Origin: an uncultured Nitrososphaerota archaeon
GTDB taxonomy: Archaea > Thermoproteota > Nitrososphaeria > Nitrososphaerales > Gagatemarchaeaceae
Length of the DNA: 64,000 nt
Direction: 5' to 3'
NCBI GenBank assembly: GCA_963703285.1
Contig: OY969807.1
Location: forward strand, 2,048,001 to 2,112,000
Part shown: positions 51,796 through 61,255 of the stretch, one piece after another
Layout: each line of letters opens with the position of its first letter
Position numbering within the stretch: position 1 is the first letter of the stretch
Notes under the pieces: generated by a model
The model's input: the letters and a program-made list of their open reading frames with translations, nothing else
Told to the model about the DNA's origin: nothing
The model's database searches: none
Made by a program: the position numbers and the translations under genes

Positions 51796-51983
51796 ATTCG
51801 CGCCACGGCCGCAGAGAGCTACCTGAACGGCCAGCGGCTCAACGCGGGCCTGATTTCGAAGGCAGCGTGAAAAGCCCTCTCTGGCGCGACGCCACTCACA
51901 TCGGGGACGGGTAACGCGTTCCGCGTCTTCCTGGCCCAGAGAGCAGCTCGAACGCACTCACGAACCTGACCAACACTTCATAA
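51796..51983 (+). pseudogene. Remnant of an FAD-subunit paralog 3' end
   Basis: IRATAAESYLNGQRLNAGLISKAA*KALSGATPLTSGTGNAFRVFLAQ, homologous to 49920-50108. Confidence 0.85.
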
Positions 51984-52006
51984 AGCACGAATCAAGACAG
52001 TCGCAC

Positions 52007-52252
52007 ATGGGCTCAACCAGCGCAACGGAGCGTCCCCCACCAGAGGAGCTAACCCTCGCCGAGATGTCCGCGAGGTACAATGACCGATGGGTCGCCATCG
52101 AGGTCACCGAGAGGGACGAGAACCTGCAGCCGGTGAAGGGGCGCGTCCTGGCAGACGACGTCGACCGTTACAACCTGAGGCAGAAGACCACCAAGTACAG
52201 CGAGGTGTGCATCTTCTACACCGGCGACCCACCTTATCGTCTCCTGCTGTGA
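52007..52252 (+). CDS. DUF5678-like small protein, copy 2
   Basis: 81 aa, collinear with copy 1. Confidence 0.8.
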   Translation: MGSTSATERPPPEELTLAEMSARYNDRWVAIEVTERDENLQPVKGRVLADDVDRYNLRQKTTKYSEVCIFYTGDPPYRLLL

Positions 52253-52687
52253 AGCAGACACAGACCTCGATCGTCAACCGACTCCAGAGGTTTACCCTGG
52301 GCCTTCGTTCGGCTCACCGGCCGGATGGGGTCGTGAGGGAGTATCAGGCCCTCGTCTCTCCGACATCGGAGTGCAGCGTGGTCCCCAAGGTCGACGAGTT
52401 CCGCCTGGGCCTACCCCCGGAGGCGGTGATAGCCAGCAACGGAGTACTCTCTAAAGGCATGGTGTCCTTGTCAGTTACACTCGTTCGGACGAGGGGCTAG
52501 CTTAAAGATGGCTCGGATTGACATAAGCGGAATGACGTTCAGAGATGTAGAGTTCATGGCCTTTGACCTCCCACCGTCCGCCGCTCATGACGTCGTCCCC
52601 GGACCGACCCTACTGAAGCATCTCCAAACCCACTTGGGCCTCACATCGCGCTCCACTAGGCTTCAGGAGGCTTGCGCCCCTCAATGA
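52249..52687 (+). pseudogene. Frameshifted retropepsin-fold protein A, copy 2
   Basis: VREYQALVSPTSECSVVP then TAG at 52498; homology resumes in +1 frame (RIDISGMTFRDVEFMAFDLP) to TGA 52687. Confidence 0.8.
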
Positions 52688-53181
52688 AGTTTGAGCTTAG
52701 GGAGCCGATGACGGTCTTCGCCAAATTGAAGGGACCGAAGGGAGCGGTGCGGGAACTCAGAGCCCTGATGGACTTCAACACCTCCTTCTGCCAGATGTTC
52801 ACGAAGGACGCCTTGCAACTGGGGTTCACCGAAGGGGTTCTGCGCCCGCGCGATTGGCAGAGGATTCACCCAACGCAGGTGCCCTACATCTTCGGCTTCC
52901 GAGGTATAGAAAGGGGCATCCTGATGAAGATGCCAGAGATTTCCGTCGGGAGACTCACTGCAAGGGACGTCGACGCGATGGTCACTGACCTCGACCTGCC
53001 GAGGTTGCTCCCCGTCGAGCTGATTCTTGGCCGTTCGTTCTTGGACAACTTCAGGCTGACGGTGGACGGTCCAGAGGGAACCATCTCACTGGACGCTGGC
53101 AAATCGGCAAGCGGCGCCGTTCGGAAGCGCACTCCGCCCAAGTCGGCCATTCAGGGTCGACCCAAGACAGCAGCCCCCTGA
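52684..53181 (+). CDS. Retropepsin-fold protein B, copy 2
   Basis: ALMDFNT; LRPRDWQ; ELILGRSFLDNF; ATGA overlap. Confidence 0.8.
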   Translation: MKFELREPMTVFAKLKGPKGAVRELRALMDFNTSFCQMFTKDALQLGFTEGVLRPRDWQRIHPTQVPYIFGFRGIERGILMKMPEISVGRLTARDVDAMVTDLDLPRLLPVELILGRSFLDNFRLTVDGPEGTISLDAGKSASGAVRKRTPPKSAIQGRPKTAAP

Positions 53182-53339
53182 GGTAGAGAGGAAGAGCCAT
53201 CCCTGGGTGGCAATGGTCGGCCGGGCGCCCAGGGTCAATAGGTTACCTCGTAGGACTTCGAACGCTTGCGAACTGATAAGAGAAAGTCGATAACAATAGC
53301 CGCGCTCAGTTGAGTACGTCAAAACCGTTAGCGATTCCA

Positions 53340-53421
53340 ACGGGCACCGGCAACGCGTTCCGCGGCTACATAGCCCAGGAGCGGTGAAGAACGCGCTGCG
53401 AGGCCTCCCAACAGTTCATAA
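53340..53421 (+). pseudogene. Second remnant of the FAD-subunit 3' end
   Basis: TGTGNAFRGYIAQ...TTCATAAG, homologous to 50025-50109. Confidence 0.75.
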
Positions 53422-53444
53422 GGCGAGCCTTCCCGGTCGACGGC

Positions 53445-53690
53445 ATGAGCCAGACAGGCGCTGCGGAGAGCGCCAAGCCAGAGGAGGAGACGCTCTCCCA
53501 GATTTCCGAGAGGCACAAGGACAGATGGGTGGCGATCGAGGTCACGGAGAGGGACGCGAACCTGCAGCCAGTAAAGGGGCGCGTCGTGGCCGAGGATGTC
53601 GACCGGTACAGGCTCAGGGAGAAGATAGCGAAGTACGCCGACATCTGCATCTTCTACGCTGGCGAGTCGCCATATCGTTTGCTCCTGTGA
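53445..53690 (+). CDS. DUF5678-like small protein, copy 3
   Basis: 81 aa, collinear; followed by a short protein A remnant (VTAPSPLYEQAFG). Confidence 0.8.
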   Translation: MSQTGAAESAKPEEETLSQISERHKDRWVAIEVTERDANLQPVKGRVVAEDVDRYRLREKIAKYADICIFYAGESPYRLLL

Positions 53691-53968
53691 CCGCGCCCTC
53701 TCCGCTATACGAGCAGGCATTCGGGAGGCCAGCGCAGTCTTCAGCCCACTACTCTAGAGAAATCACTTTCGGCGACCTCCCCCAAGACTCGATTAGTTTC
53801 AGTCCCCTATGTTCATTATAGCCTTGCAGCTGCGCTCTTGGTGTATGACCGAGAAGAAGAACGGCCCTGAACGGAAGCTCAAGCCCGAAGACTACGAGAT
53901 TTACCACGACTCCATTAGGCGTAACCCACTTCCTGCCGCCGAAGAGATGCAAGACGTGTGAGGACTGA

Positions 53969-54211
53969 ATGAACAGCGTAATCCTCGAGTGCCCTAGATG
54001 CCTCAAGATGTTCATGGTCTCCACGTCCAGGGCGATCCAGGTGGGCGAGCGGACTTGGGGCACGAGGTGCAAGTGCGGTCACATCATCGAGTTCAGCTTC
54101 GACTACATGGACCCTATCGAGATTTGGGCGCAGCCGACCGTTGCGAACAGGATGAGGAAGATTGAAGGACACCCGGTGAGGGTGCAGGGGCTGACGTACA
54201 CGAAGGGCTGA
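53969..54211 (+). CDS. Small zinc-finger protein
   Basis: CPRC and CKCG motifs. Confidence 0.65.
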   Translation: MNSVILECPRCLKMFMVSTSRAIQVGERTWGTRCKCGHIIEFSFDYMDPIEIWAQPTVANRMRKIEGHPVRVQGLTYTKG

Positions 54212-54282
54212 AATCGGGAGGGCTTGGTCTTCTCTGTGCCCGGTGGTGGAACCCTTATAGAGAACTACGTCCACTTTGAATC

Positions 54283-54789
54283 ATGGCAGGAAGACCGACC
54301 TCCAGCCATTACCCCATACGTTCCCCGAAAATCTCTAGGGTGGACAAAGCGATACTGAAGGTGCTCCTCGAACCGGATGGGAACCTGTCGACCCAGGCCC
54401 TGGCCGAGAAGCTCGGGGTCCCGCTGTCCACCATCCACCGCAGGCGAAAGCACCTCGAGAACATGTACCTCGACATCACCTACTCTCTGAGGCTGAGGAA
54501 CCTAGGGTTCAGGCGGATAGACTTCTTCCTCTTTACGGGAGGAGGCAACACCGCGGACATAGGGCACGAGCTCCTGAAGCACAAGGAGGTCGTCTCCGTC
54601 GGCAGGTCCGTGGGGGAGCACACCATAGACCTCAGGGCGGAGGCGATCATAAAGGACAGCGCCCAGCTGCTCGACCTTCTCGAGGCTATGAAGGCCATGC
54701 CGAACGTGAGAGACGTCATCTGGAGCGAGATAGTGGACGTCATAGGCAAGAAGAGGTCGATCCCGTCCGAAGTCATCGACTCGCTCTAG
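54283..54789 (+). CDS. Lrp/AsnC family transcriptional regulator
   Basis: VDKAILKVL...LAEKLGVPLSTIHRR + AsnC-like C-terminal domain; CTTATAG box. Confidence 0.88.
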   Translation: MAGRPTSSHYPIRSPKISRVDKAILKVLLEPDGNLSTQALAEKLGVPLSTIHRRRKHLENMYLDITYSLRLRNLGFRRIDFFLFTGGGNTADIGHELLKHKEVVSVGRSVGEHTIDLRAEAIIKDSAQLLDLLEAMKAMPNVRDVIWSEIVDVIGKKRSIPSEVIDSL

Positions 54790-55042
54790 GGCCCGACACG
54801 AACTCTATGCTCTAAAACCAACCAAAAATGGGCTGTAATCCCGTCATCTCTCCATTTGGTATTTATAGTCGTTTAGGGCACAAAATCGAGGATTCCTTCC
54901 CTTATCATTCCTCTTTTCGAAACGAGGCCTTTTGTACGTCCGCCGGCTAATGCAAAAGCGTTACAATCTGAGCTTCGGCGTTGCGCCTCGGCCCAACATC
55001 GCGGGGAGGACTGGGAGGAAGACAGCTAGTGTGCTAGCGGCG

Positions 55043-55417
55043 ATGGCGGAACAGACCGGGGATGACACGAGGAGGACGAGGATTCACCTGGACGGGTCCA
55101 CCTCCAACAGCATAGTCGCCGCCCTCTCGCACGAGGTCTCCCGCAGGATACTCGTATCGACCGTGCTCAAGGCCAGGACCGTGCAGGACATCAGCAGCGA
55201 GCAGGCCATCCCCCTCAGCACCTGCTACAGGGTGTCGAACGAGCTGCTCGCCCAGGGGCTGCTCGTGGTCGAGAGGGTCTTTGTCACGGAAGGAGGCAAG
55301 AGGTACTGCGTCTACAGGAGCGCCTTCAAGACCATTGAAATCATTTCGAACTTCCATGGGGTGTACATCTCTGCGGAACTGAACGATGACGTGCTGGAGA
55401 AGGTCCGTTTCAGGTAG
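55043..55417 (+). CDS. Winged-HTH (ArsR-like) regulator
   Basis: SRRIL...IPLSTCYR...LLAQGLLVVE...GKRY; start uncertain. Confidence 0.8.
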   Translation: MAEQTGDDTRRTRIHLDGSTSNSIVAALSHEVSRRILVSTVLKARTVQDISSEQAIPLSTCYRVSNELLAQGLLVVERVFVTEGGKRYCVYRSAFKTIEIISNFHGVYISAELNDDVLEKVRFR

Positions 55418-55452
55418 TTCTAACCCCAACCAAGAGGCGTCGCAGTCAGCGA

Positions 55453-56286
55453 TTAGGTCGTAGCCGCCGCAGCCTCGAACCTGGTCGAGAGCCATGGCAT
55501 CGCCTCGGTTATGAAACTCGGCCCGTGGTGTGCCAGGAAGTCGAGCGGCCCCGGTGTCAGGAAGTACCGGCCACCCTTCATCGCCCCCAACCCCTTCCAT
55601 CCCCTCTTGTCTATCAGCCTCTCAAGGTCCGCAGCGTCGAACTTCGAGTACATCTTCGCCTCGTAGATGAAGACATCGGGCTCGCTGGCGGCTACCTTCG
55701 CCAGGTCCGGCGTCAACCACTCCGAACGGACGTCATCGAAGAGCGTTGAGACCCCAACGAGGTGGAGGGCGTCCGTGATGTAGCTGTACGCACCGAAGCT
55801 GACCGGTCCGCCAAGGTCTATCTCGACGTAGGCGCGCAGCCTCTTGGCAACTGGCGTTAACCCAGCCGCCTCTCTCAGGAGACGGGCGGACAGTCGACGC
55901 GCCTCCGACGCCTCCCCGACGACCAGGCCGACCTTGACGACCATATCGATTATTCCCGAGACGGAGACCGGGAGGGTGATGGGGTAGACCGGAAGGTCGG
56001 AGGAGAGGCGGAGCGCCAGGTCCCTCTGGTAGCCCGTGATTGTGAGGACGAGGTCGGGTCTCATCTCCTTCAGCAGGTCGAGGTTGGTGGTGCTGTAGCT
56101 CCCCACTTTTCGCCGTGCCCTGGCCTCCTGGGGCCTAGCGCAGAAGGCGCTCACCCCGATGACCCGCTCCCCCAGGCCCATCAGGAACAGCGTCTCGGTT
56201 ACCGCAGGGCTCAGGCTCACTATCCTCTCGGGACGATCTGGCGCCACGACCTCCTTACCGAGCACCTCGTTGTAGATGGTCACCAT
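55453..56286 (-). CDS. BtuF-like helical-backbone metal/cobalamin-binding protein, no signal peptide
   Basis: RIVSLSPAVTETLF...VIGVS..C..P; PDLVL. Confidence 0.88.
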   Translation of the reverse strand: MVTIYNEVLGKEVVAPDRPERIVSLSPAVTETLFLMGLGERVIGVSAFCARPQEARARRKVGSYSTTNLDLLKEMRPDLVLTITGYQRDLALRLSSDLPVYPITLPVSVSGIIDMVVKVGLVVGEASEARRLSARLLREAAGLTPVAKRLRAYVEIDLGGPVSFGAYSYITDALHLVGVSTLFDDVRSEWLTPDLAKVAASEPDVFIYEAKMYSKFDAADLERLIDKRGWKGLGAMKGGRYFLTPGPLDFLAHHGPSFITEAMPWLSTRFEAAAATT

Positions 56287-56430
56287 CTTTCGTCGGTCCC
56301 CCTCATCCGAGAGATGTGCTCGTCGCCGTGCTCGGGAGAAGGTCCGTCGACCGGTCCGTGATTGCGCACATCCCAGACGTCGTTGTAACAAACGTTAAAT
56401 AAACAACGCAGCCTCACCGGGACAATCACC

Positions 56431-57192
56431 TTGGAGTCCAGGGTCGTCGAGCGCAGCGCCTCCTCTGGAGCGTCAGAGGCGTCCGCCGCAGCCGAAGCGT
56501 CGAAGAAGGTGGTCGTGAAGCGCTACGTGAAGTACACCTTCTTCAAGGTCGCCAGAGAATGGAGACTGCTCTCCAACGAGGAGAGGGACTCCCTGAAGCA
56601 GGGATTCCTGCGCGTCATCAGCACCCGGCCGCCCGAGGCCAAGCTGAGCTTCTTCTCCCTTGTGGGGATAAGGGGCGACTCCGACTTCATGATCCTTGCA
56701 GACTCCGAGTCCATAGAGCCGTTCCAGTCGCTCGTCTCTGCGCTCCTCGCCACCTCGCTCGGCAAGTACCTCGAGGTACCCTACTCCTACCTCGCGATGA
56801 CGAGGGAGTCGCCCTACCTCGGGACGCACAGGCACGAGGGTCAGGAGGGTTCCGAAGGCAGCTTCCAGTCGCGCTCCAAGTACCTCTTCGTCTATCCCTT
56901 CGTCAAGAAGAGGGAGTGGTACAGGCTACCCGTCGTAGAGAGACGTCGAATCATGGCGGACCACTTCAAGATAGGCCACAAGTACCCCTCGATCAAGATT
57001 CACACGGCATATTCCTTCGGTCTCGACGACCAGGAGTTCATGCTCGCGTTCGAGGGGGACGACCCCTCGGAGTTCCTCGCCTTGGTGGAGGAGCTGAGGA
57101 GCTCTGAAGCTAGCATGTACACGCAGCTCGAGACGCCGATCTTCACCTGCCTGCGCGCGACCCCGGACAGAATGCTGCAGTTGCTAGGCTAG
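56431..57192 (+). CDS. Chlorite dismutase/coproheme decarboxylase (Cld/ChdC) family heme protein
   Basis: YPFVKKREWY...MADH...YSFGLDDQEF. Confidence 0.88.
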   Translation: MESRVVERSASSGASEASAAAEASKKVVVKRYVKYTFFKVAREWRLLSNEERDSLKQGFLRVISTRPPEAKLSFFSLVGIRGDSDFMILADSESIEPFQSLVSALLATSLGKYLEVPYSYLAMTRESPYLGTHRHEGQEGSEGSFQSRSKYLFVYPFVKKREWYRLPVVERRRIMADHFKIGHKYPSIKIHTAYSFGLDDQEFMLAFEGDDPSEFLALVEELRSSEASMYTQLETPIFTCLRATPDRMLQLLG

Positions 57193-57201
57193 CTCGGGCC
57201 G

Positions 57202-57588
57202 CTACTTCCCTTCCTTGGGTTCGAACATTATCTTTACGTCTTTGACGCGCCGCAGGGTCCTCGACATCGACGGTCTGGGGTGGATGAGCGAGTACGTCTT
57301 CGCCGCCAGCTCTCCCATGGCCTCCGACTTTCTGATCCTGTCCAGGGACGCGTGATTTGGGAGCTCCCACAAATCGTAGCAATCGTAGTCTCCCTCCTCG
57401 TTAGAGGAAGGGATGACGGTCATGTAAGTCTCGAGGTACTTGATGCCTGTCTCTTCCTTCATTCGTTCGCAGATTTTCCTGAACTCCTTGGATCCGATGA
57501 ACTTCCGGTACGCGCCGACCTTGCCTTCCCTGATGTTGTATCCTAGAAGCCAGATCAGAGGCAACGGAGCGTGTAAAGGCGTCCGCAC
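57202..57588 (-). CDS. Hypothetical protein (dimeric alpha-beta barrel-like)
   Basis: 128-aa ORF abutting the upstream gene; YLETY...YDCYDLWELP. Confidence 0.7.
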   Translation of the reverse strand: MRTPLHAPLPLIWLLGYNIREGKVGAYRKFIGSKEFRKICERMKEETGIKYLETYMTVIPSSNEEGDYDCYDLWELPNHASLDRIRKSEAMGELAAKTYSLIHPRPSMSRTLRRVKDVKIMFEPKEGK

Positions 57589-58031
57589 TATTTATGCTTG
57601 CGCCGCGTTCTGGCGGTGAGCGGCTTCGCGCTGGGCTCTTCCTCGTGCTTTCCCTCCAGATACTCTTCAGCGCTCTCGAAGGCGTAGCCGCAGAGGTGAC
57701 AGTAGGCTGAACCCTGCCTGTTGAGGCCGTTGCAGCTGGGGCACTGGAACGATATGACGGAGTATGTCTCCGGAGGGGCCTCAGGCTTCTCTTCCGGAGG
57801 GTAGGGTATCGAGACGAGGCACTCGGTGTGCTCGACGTTCGGGTGCTTTTCGATGATGTCGTACATCGTCTTTGAGAGCTCTTCCATGTCCTTCGCCGAG
57901 ATCACCAGCACCGCATCGTATCTTCCGAAGACGCTGCTCGCCATCTGGACCCCCGGAATCTTCCTGGAGGCGATGATCTGATGGGATGTGCCCGGCTTCG
58001 TGCGCAGCAGCACGTAGGCTATCACGGCCAA
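57588..58031 (-). CDS. Lrp/AsnC ligand-binding domain fused to a zinc ribbon
   Basis: AYVLL..KPG...VFGRYDAV; CPSC/CHLC. Confidence 0.8.
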   Translation of the reverse strand: MAVIAYVLLRTKPGTSHQIIASRKIPGVQMASSVFGRYDAVLVISAKDMEELSKTMYDIIEKHPNVEHTECLVSIPYPPEEKPEAPPETYSVISFQCPSCNGLNRQGSAYCHLCGYAFESAEEYLEGKHEEEPSAKPLTARTRRKHK

Positions 58032-58038
58032 CCTTGCA

Positions 58039-58284
58039 TCACGCCTTGTGCGAGAGTGCGAGTGCGGTCTCCGTGTGGATGACGTTGGGTACCTTCTCTA
58101 TTACCCTGTAGATCATGTCTCCCAGGCTCTCCATGTCGCGCGCCTCGACGGTGACGATGGCGTCGAACCTGCCGTATACGGAATCGACCTGCGTCACCCC
58201 CTTGACCTTGGTTATCTTGTTCAGATATCCCAGCACCTCCTCGGAGGTACCCGGCTTCGTTACGAGGAAGACGTAAGCTCTCAT
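58039..58284 (-). CDS. Stand-alone Lrp/AsnC ligand-binding domain protein
   Basis: AYVFL..KPG...VYGRFDAIV...VIHTET. Confidence 0.85.
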   Translation of the reverse strand: MRAYVFLVTKPGTSEEVLGYLNKITKVKGVTQVDSVYGRFDAIVTVEARDMESLGDMIYRVIEKVPNVIHTETALALSHKA

Positions 58285-58462
58285 GTCACCGTCATGCTTC
58301 TCCCGGCCTCTTATAATCATTGGAAGGGACCCGCCGGGCTCGGCGCCGACGCTCACAGGCAGGGAACACTAGATCGAATCTGTTCCTGTTCGCGCTCCTC
58401 TTCAGCCTCCTCTTAACCATCTAGAATACCGCCGAGCAAGCAAGCGGCGTCCCCCGAACCGG

Positions 58463-59137
58463 TCATGCGGTCGCGTCGCGTCCGTCCGACCCAGATGTCC
58501 CGAGGGTCTCGATTGACGCGATCCTTTCGAGGCTCTCGATCCTCCCTCGTATCGCAGGTTGGGCTCTTGCGCTCGCCTTCGCAGGCGCTCCCCTCCTGCT
58601 CCTGGGCCCGCCCATCGACTCGCCTATGCGGATTGCCTCTATCAGTTCTCGCCCCTGTATGAATGAGGCGGCGAGAGCGTCGCACCTCATTTCCTGCTCC
58701 TGAAAGGGCTCCGCGTTCAGCCTGAAGGCGAGGAAGAGCGACCCGAGGAGCCCGACCAGGGTGACGCACTCCGCGAGCAACAGGGATCCAGTCAGGAGGA
58801 GAGCCACGACGGAGATTGCGGCGGAGACCGCCAAGGACGGGACCACGAGTCTCTTCCTCGCGTACTATCCGTCCTTCCCGAGGATGTGTGCGAACTCGTG
58901 CGCTCCGGCCGCGAGCCTCTGGCTCTCTGTTAGGCGTTCGTAGTATCGGGCCCCGAAGAGGACTTTGTTCCCGAGACTCACGGCGGGGACGCGTGCCCTC
59001 GTCATGTAGTACCTCTCCCTCGGATCGCGACTCAGCAAGTGCAGAGCGTTCATCCGCCCTGCCAGCGTGTCCAGTCCCGGGGACTCGAAGGGCTTCGCGC
59101 CAAAGAACAGCCTCAGGTAAAGGGAACCGGTGTCCAT
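58463..59137 (-). pseudogene. M48/HtpX-like zinc metalloprotease interrupted by an in-frame TAG
   Basis: HEFAH, TAG at 58865-58867, then in the same frame TM helices, QEMRCD and PAIRGRI. Confidence 0.7.
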
Positions 59138-59356
59138 CCGGCTTCCCTCAGGAGAGCGGCTTCCGGAGGCCTGCGCGACCTGGTCGACCGGCGGATGGGC
59201 TCATGGACCTGTTTTGACCGACCCCCTAGTTGAAACTTATGAAAGCCGATTCCATTCTCTACCCCTGCTTTTGTCCAAGCGCCCGGGATGCGCTCTCCCC
59301 GGTTCCTCCTCGCCCGCCGAAAAGGTTGAAAGGCCGCAGCAGGACGCGCCGCCGGC

Positions 59357-60247
59357 ATGGTAGCAGCCGACCCGGCCCTCCTGGAGGTCGCGAGGGAGGG
59401 TGTCGACGACGAGCTCACGGACTACACCCTGTACACCACACTAGCGAAGACCCTCAAGAACGAGGTCTTCGTCAGCGCCTTCGCGAAGCTCGCTTCGATG
59501 GAGCAGAGACACCTCGAATTCTGGCAGAAGTTCGTCCCCGACCACCGCGCGCGGCTGAACTCGTCCCTAATCCGCAGAGCCCTCTTCTTCAGGCGCATCT
59601 TCGGCCTCACCTTCGCGATCCGCTACCTCGAGAGGCACGAGATTAACTCCATAAAGAAGTACAAGTCCGTCGCCCACCTGGTACCCCCGGAGGACAAGGC
59701 GGCCTTCGACGAGGTCCTCGCGGACGAGGAGGAGCACGAGAGCGGACTGAGCGCCGATGTCGAGAGTTCCACGGTCCGATACATCTCTTTCGTCGTCCTC
59801 GGCCTCGCGGATGCGCTCGTCGAGATATCGGGCATCCACGCAGGGTCGCTCGGGATATACAACAGGACTGAGATAGCGGGCCTCGCTGGAATCATAGCCG
59901 GCGCCGCCGCGTCACTTGCGATGGCCTCGGCCGCCTACGCCCAGGCCAAGCAGGGCTTCAAGGGTTCGGCGAGTGCCTCGGCGGCGTACACGGGCGTCTC
60001 CTACTTCATCACCGCCGTGATCCTCGCGACCCCATACTTCCTGACGAAGAGCCAGGTGGAGGCCCTTGGAATATCGCTTACCCTAGCGGTGCTGATAGTC
60101 ACGTTCGCCTCCTACTACGGCTCGGTGATATCGATGAAGCCCTTCAGGAGGGACTACCTCGAGCTCCTGGGGATACTCCTCTCCGTGACCCTCGCGCTCT
60201 ACCTGTTCGGGTACTTCATCAGGATAGAGACCGGGATAACCGTCTGA
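59357..60247 (+). CDS. Rubrerythrin/ferritin-like domain fused to a VIT1/CCC1 transporter
   Basis: EQRH and EEEH di-iron motifs; VLGLADALV VIT1 motif; C-terminal TMs. Confidence 0.88.
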   Translation: MVAADPALLEVAREGVDDELTDYTLYTTLAKTLKNEVFVSAFAKLASMEQRHLEFWQKFVPDHRARLNSSLIRRALFFRRIFGLTFAIRYLERHEINSIKKYKSVAHLVPPEDKAAFDEVLADEEEHESGLSADVESSTVRYISFVVLGLADALVEISGIHAGSLGIYNRTEIAGLAGIIAGAAASLAMASAAYAQAKQGFKGSASASAAYTGVSYFITAVILATPYFLTKSQVEALGISLTLAVLIVTFASYYGSVISMKPFRRDYLELLGILLSVTLALYLFGYFIRIETGITV

Positions 60248-60255
60248 GGCGGAGA

Positions 60256-60666
60256 CTAGGGGGACGGGGATGTCACCGGCACGCCTGCGAGCCTCTCCAG
60301 CGCGTGCCGCGTGCCCGACCTGAAGTGCGACGCGTTCCAGGGACCGAGGACCCTGAAAGCGCCCCTGAAGTCGACGTTCCACTCGGCCTCGACATCTTGG
60401 TCCGTCACCACAACGGTCTGCCTGCCCCTGATGGGTCCGCCCACGTACTCGATGGTAAGCGTCCTCCCCTTCTCGTCCATCGTCACCTCCGCCCTCCCCT
60501 TGCCTCCGAAGGCGAAGATCACGTCCGCCACGGTCTTGTCACCCTCCTGCCTGACCCTGAACTCCCTCGTCCCGTGCCAGTAGGTCGGGATGGCTCCGAG
60601 GTCTGATACCCTCGCCCAGACTGCGGCGGGGTCGCCCCCGATTTCGCGGCGCTCGGCGAATCGCAT
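60256..60666 (-). CDS. SRPBCC family protein
   Basis: AVWARVSDLGAIPTYW; C-terminal helix ALERL. Confidence 0.8.
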   Translation of the reverse strand: MRFAERREIGGDPAAVWARVSDLGAIPTYWHGTREFRVRQEGDKTVADVIFAFGGKGRAEVTMDEKGRTLTIEYVGGPIRGRQTVVVTDQDVEAEWNVDFRGAFRVLGPWNASHFRSGTRHALERLAGVPVTSPSP

Positions 60667-60834
60667 GCTGGCAGGACCAGCGGCCCCAGTTTTATCGCTT
60701 CGGTCCAGGTTCGGACCTCACAGAACCCGAACGTCGCTTCGGAGGTCAGGCCCAGAAGGCCCGTCGGGACCGGGCCGCCGAGAGGGTTCAGCTCCATGCG
60801 AGCGGTCTTCCAACGCACCCGTCGCGGATGGTTT

Positions 60835-61245
60835 ATGAGCGACCCTCGGCTGATGGGGATGGACATGCCTCCAGATGACGGCGCGGCGAGGTCGGACCTG
60901 CTAGACCTCCTTCCCCTTCTCTCGTCCGGAGGAATCACCATCACCGTGGGCGGATATCCCCTCCTCTCCATCAACTCGAGCGAGAAGGTCATGGACATGG
61001 AGGTCCAGGGAGTGAAGGAGGCTGGGCTCAAGCTGTCAACCCTGATAGAGGTGGCAGAGCGCGACTCTCACCTCCTGGGCGCCTCGGCCGCTCTTGCGAG
61101 CAAGCTCTCGCACCTGGGGTGGAGGCTCACCCTCTATGACAAAGGCAGCCGCCTTCTTGCCGTCGGGAGCGGCATCTCGAGGCTGACGGGCCACGTCAGC
61201 GTGAACCCGCTGGATCTGCGGAAGCTTCTCGACGATTTGAGGTAG
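60835..61245 (+). CDS. Hypothetical protein
   Basis: Normal composition and coding bias; start uncertain. Confidence 0.65.
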   Translation: MSDPRLMGMDMPPDDGAARSDLLDLLPLLSSGGITITVGGYPLLSINSSEKVMDMEVQGVKEAGLKLSTLIEVAERDSHLLGASAALASKLSHLGWRLTLYDKGSRLLAVGSGISRLTGHVSVNPLDLRKLLDDLR

Positions 61246-61255
61246 TGTCCGAAGC

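Noticed and set aside
53201-53235. CCCTGGG...CCCAGGG hairpin as an ncRNA
   Set aside because: A short GC-rich stem alone is insufficient evidence
50132-53690. Diversity-generating retroelement or IS-type repeats
   Set aside because: No reverse transcriptase or transposase, no terminal repeats, and differences are not adenine-specific
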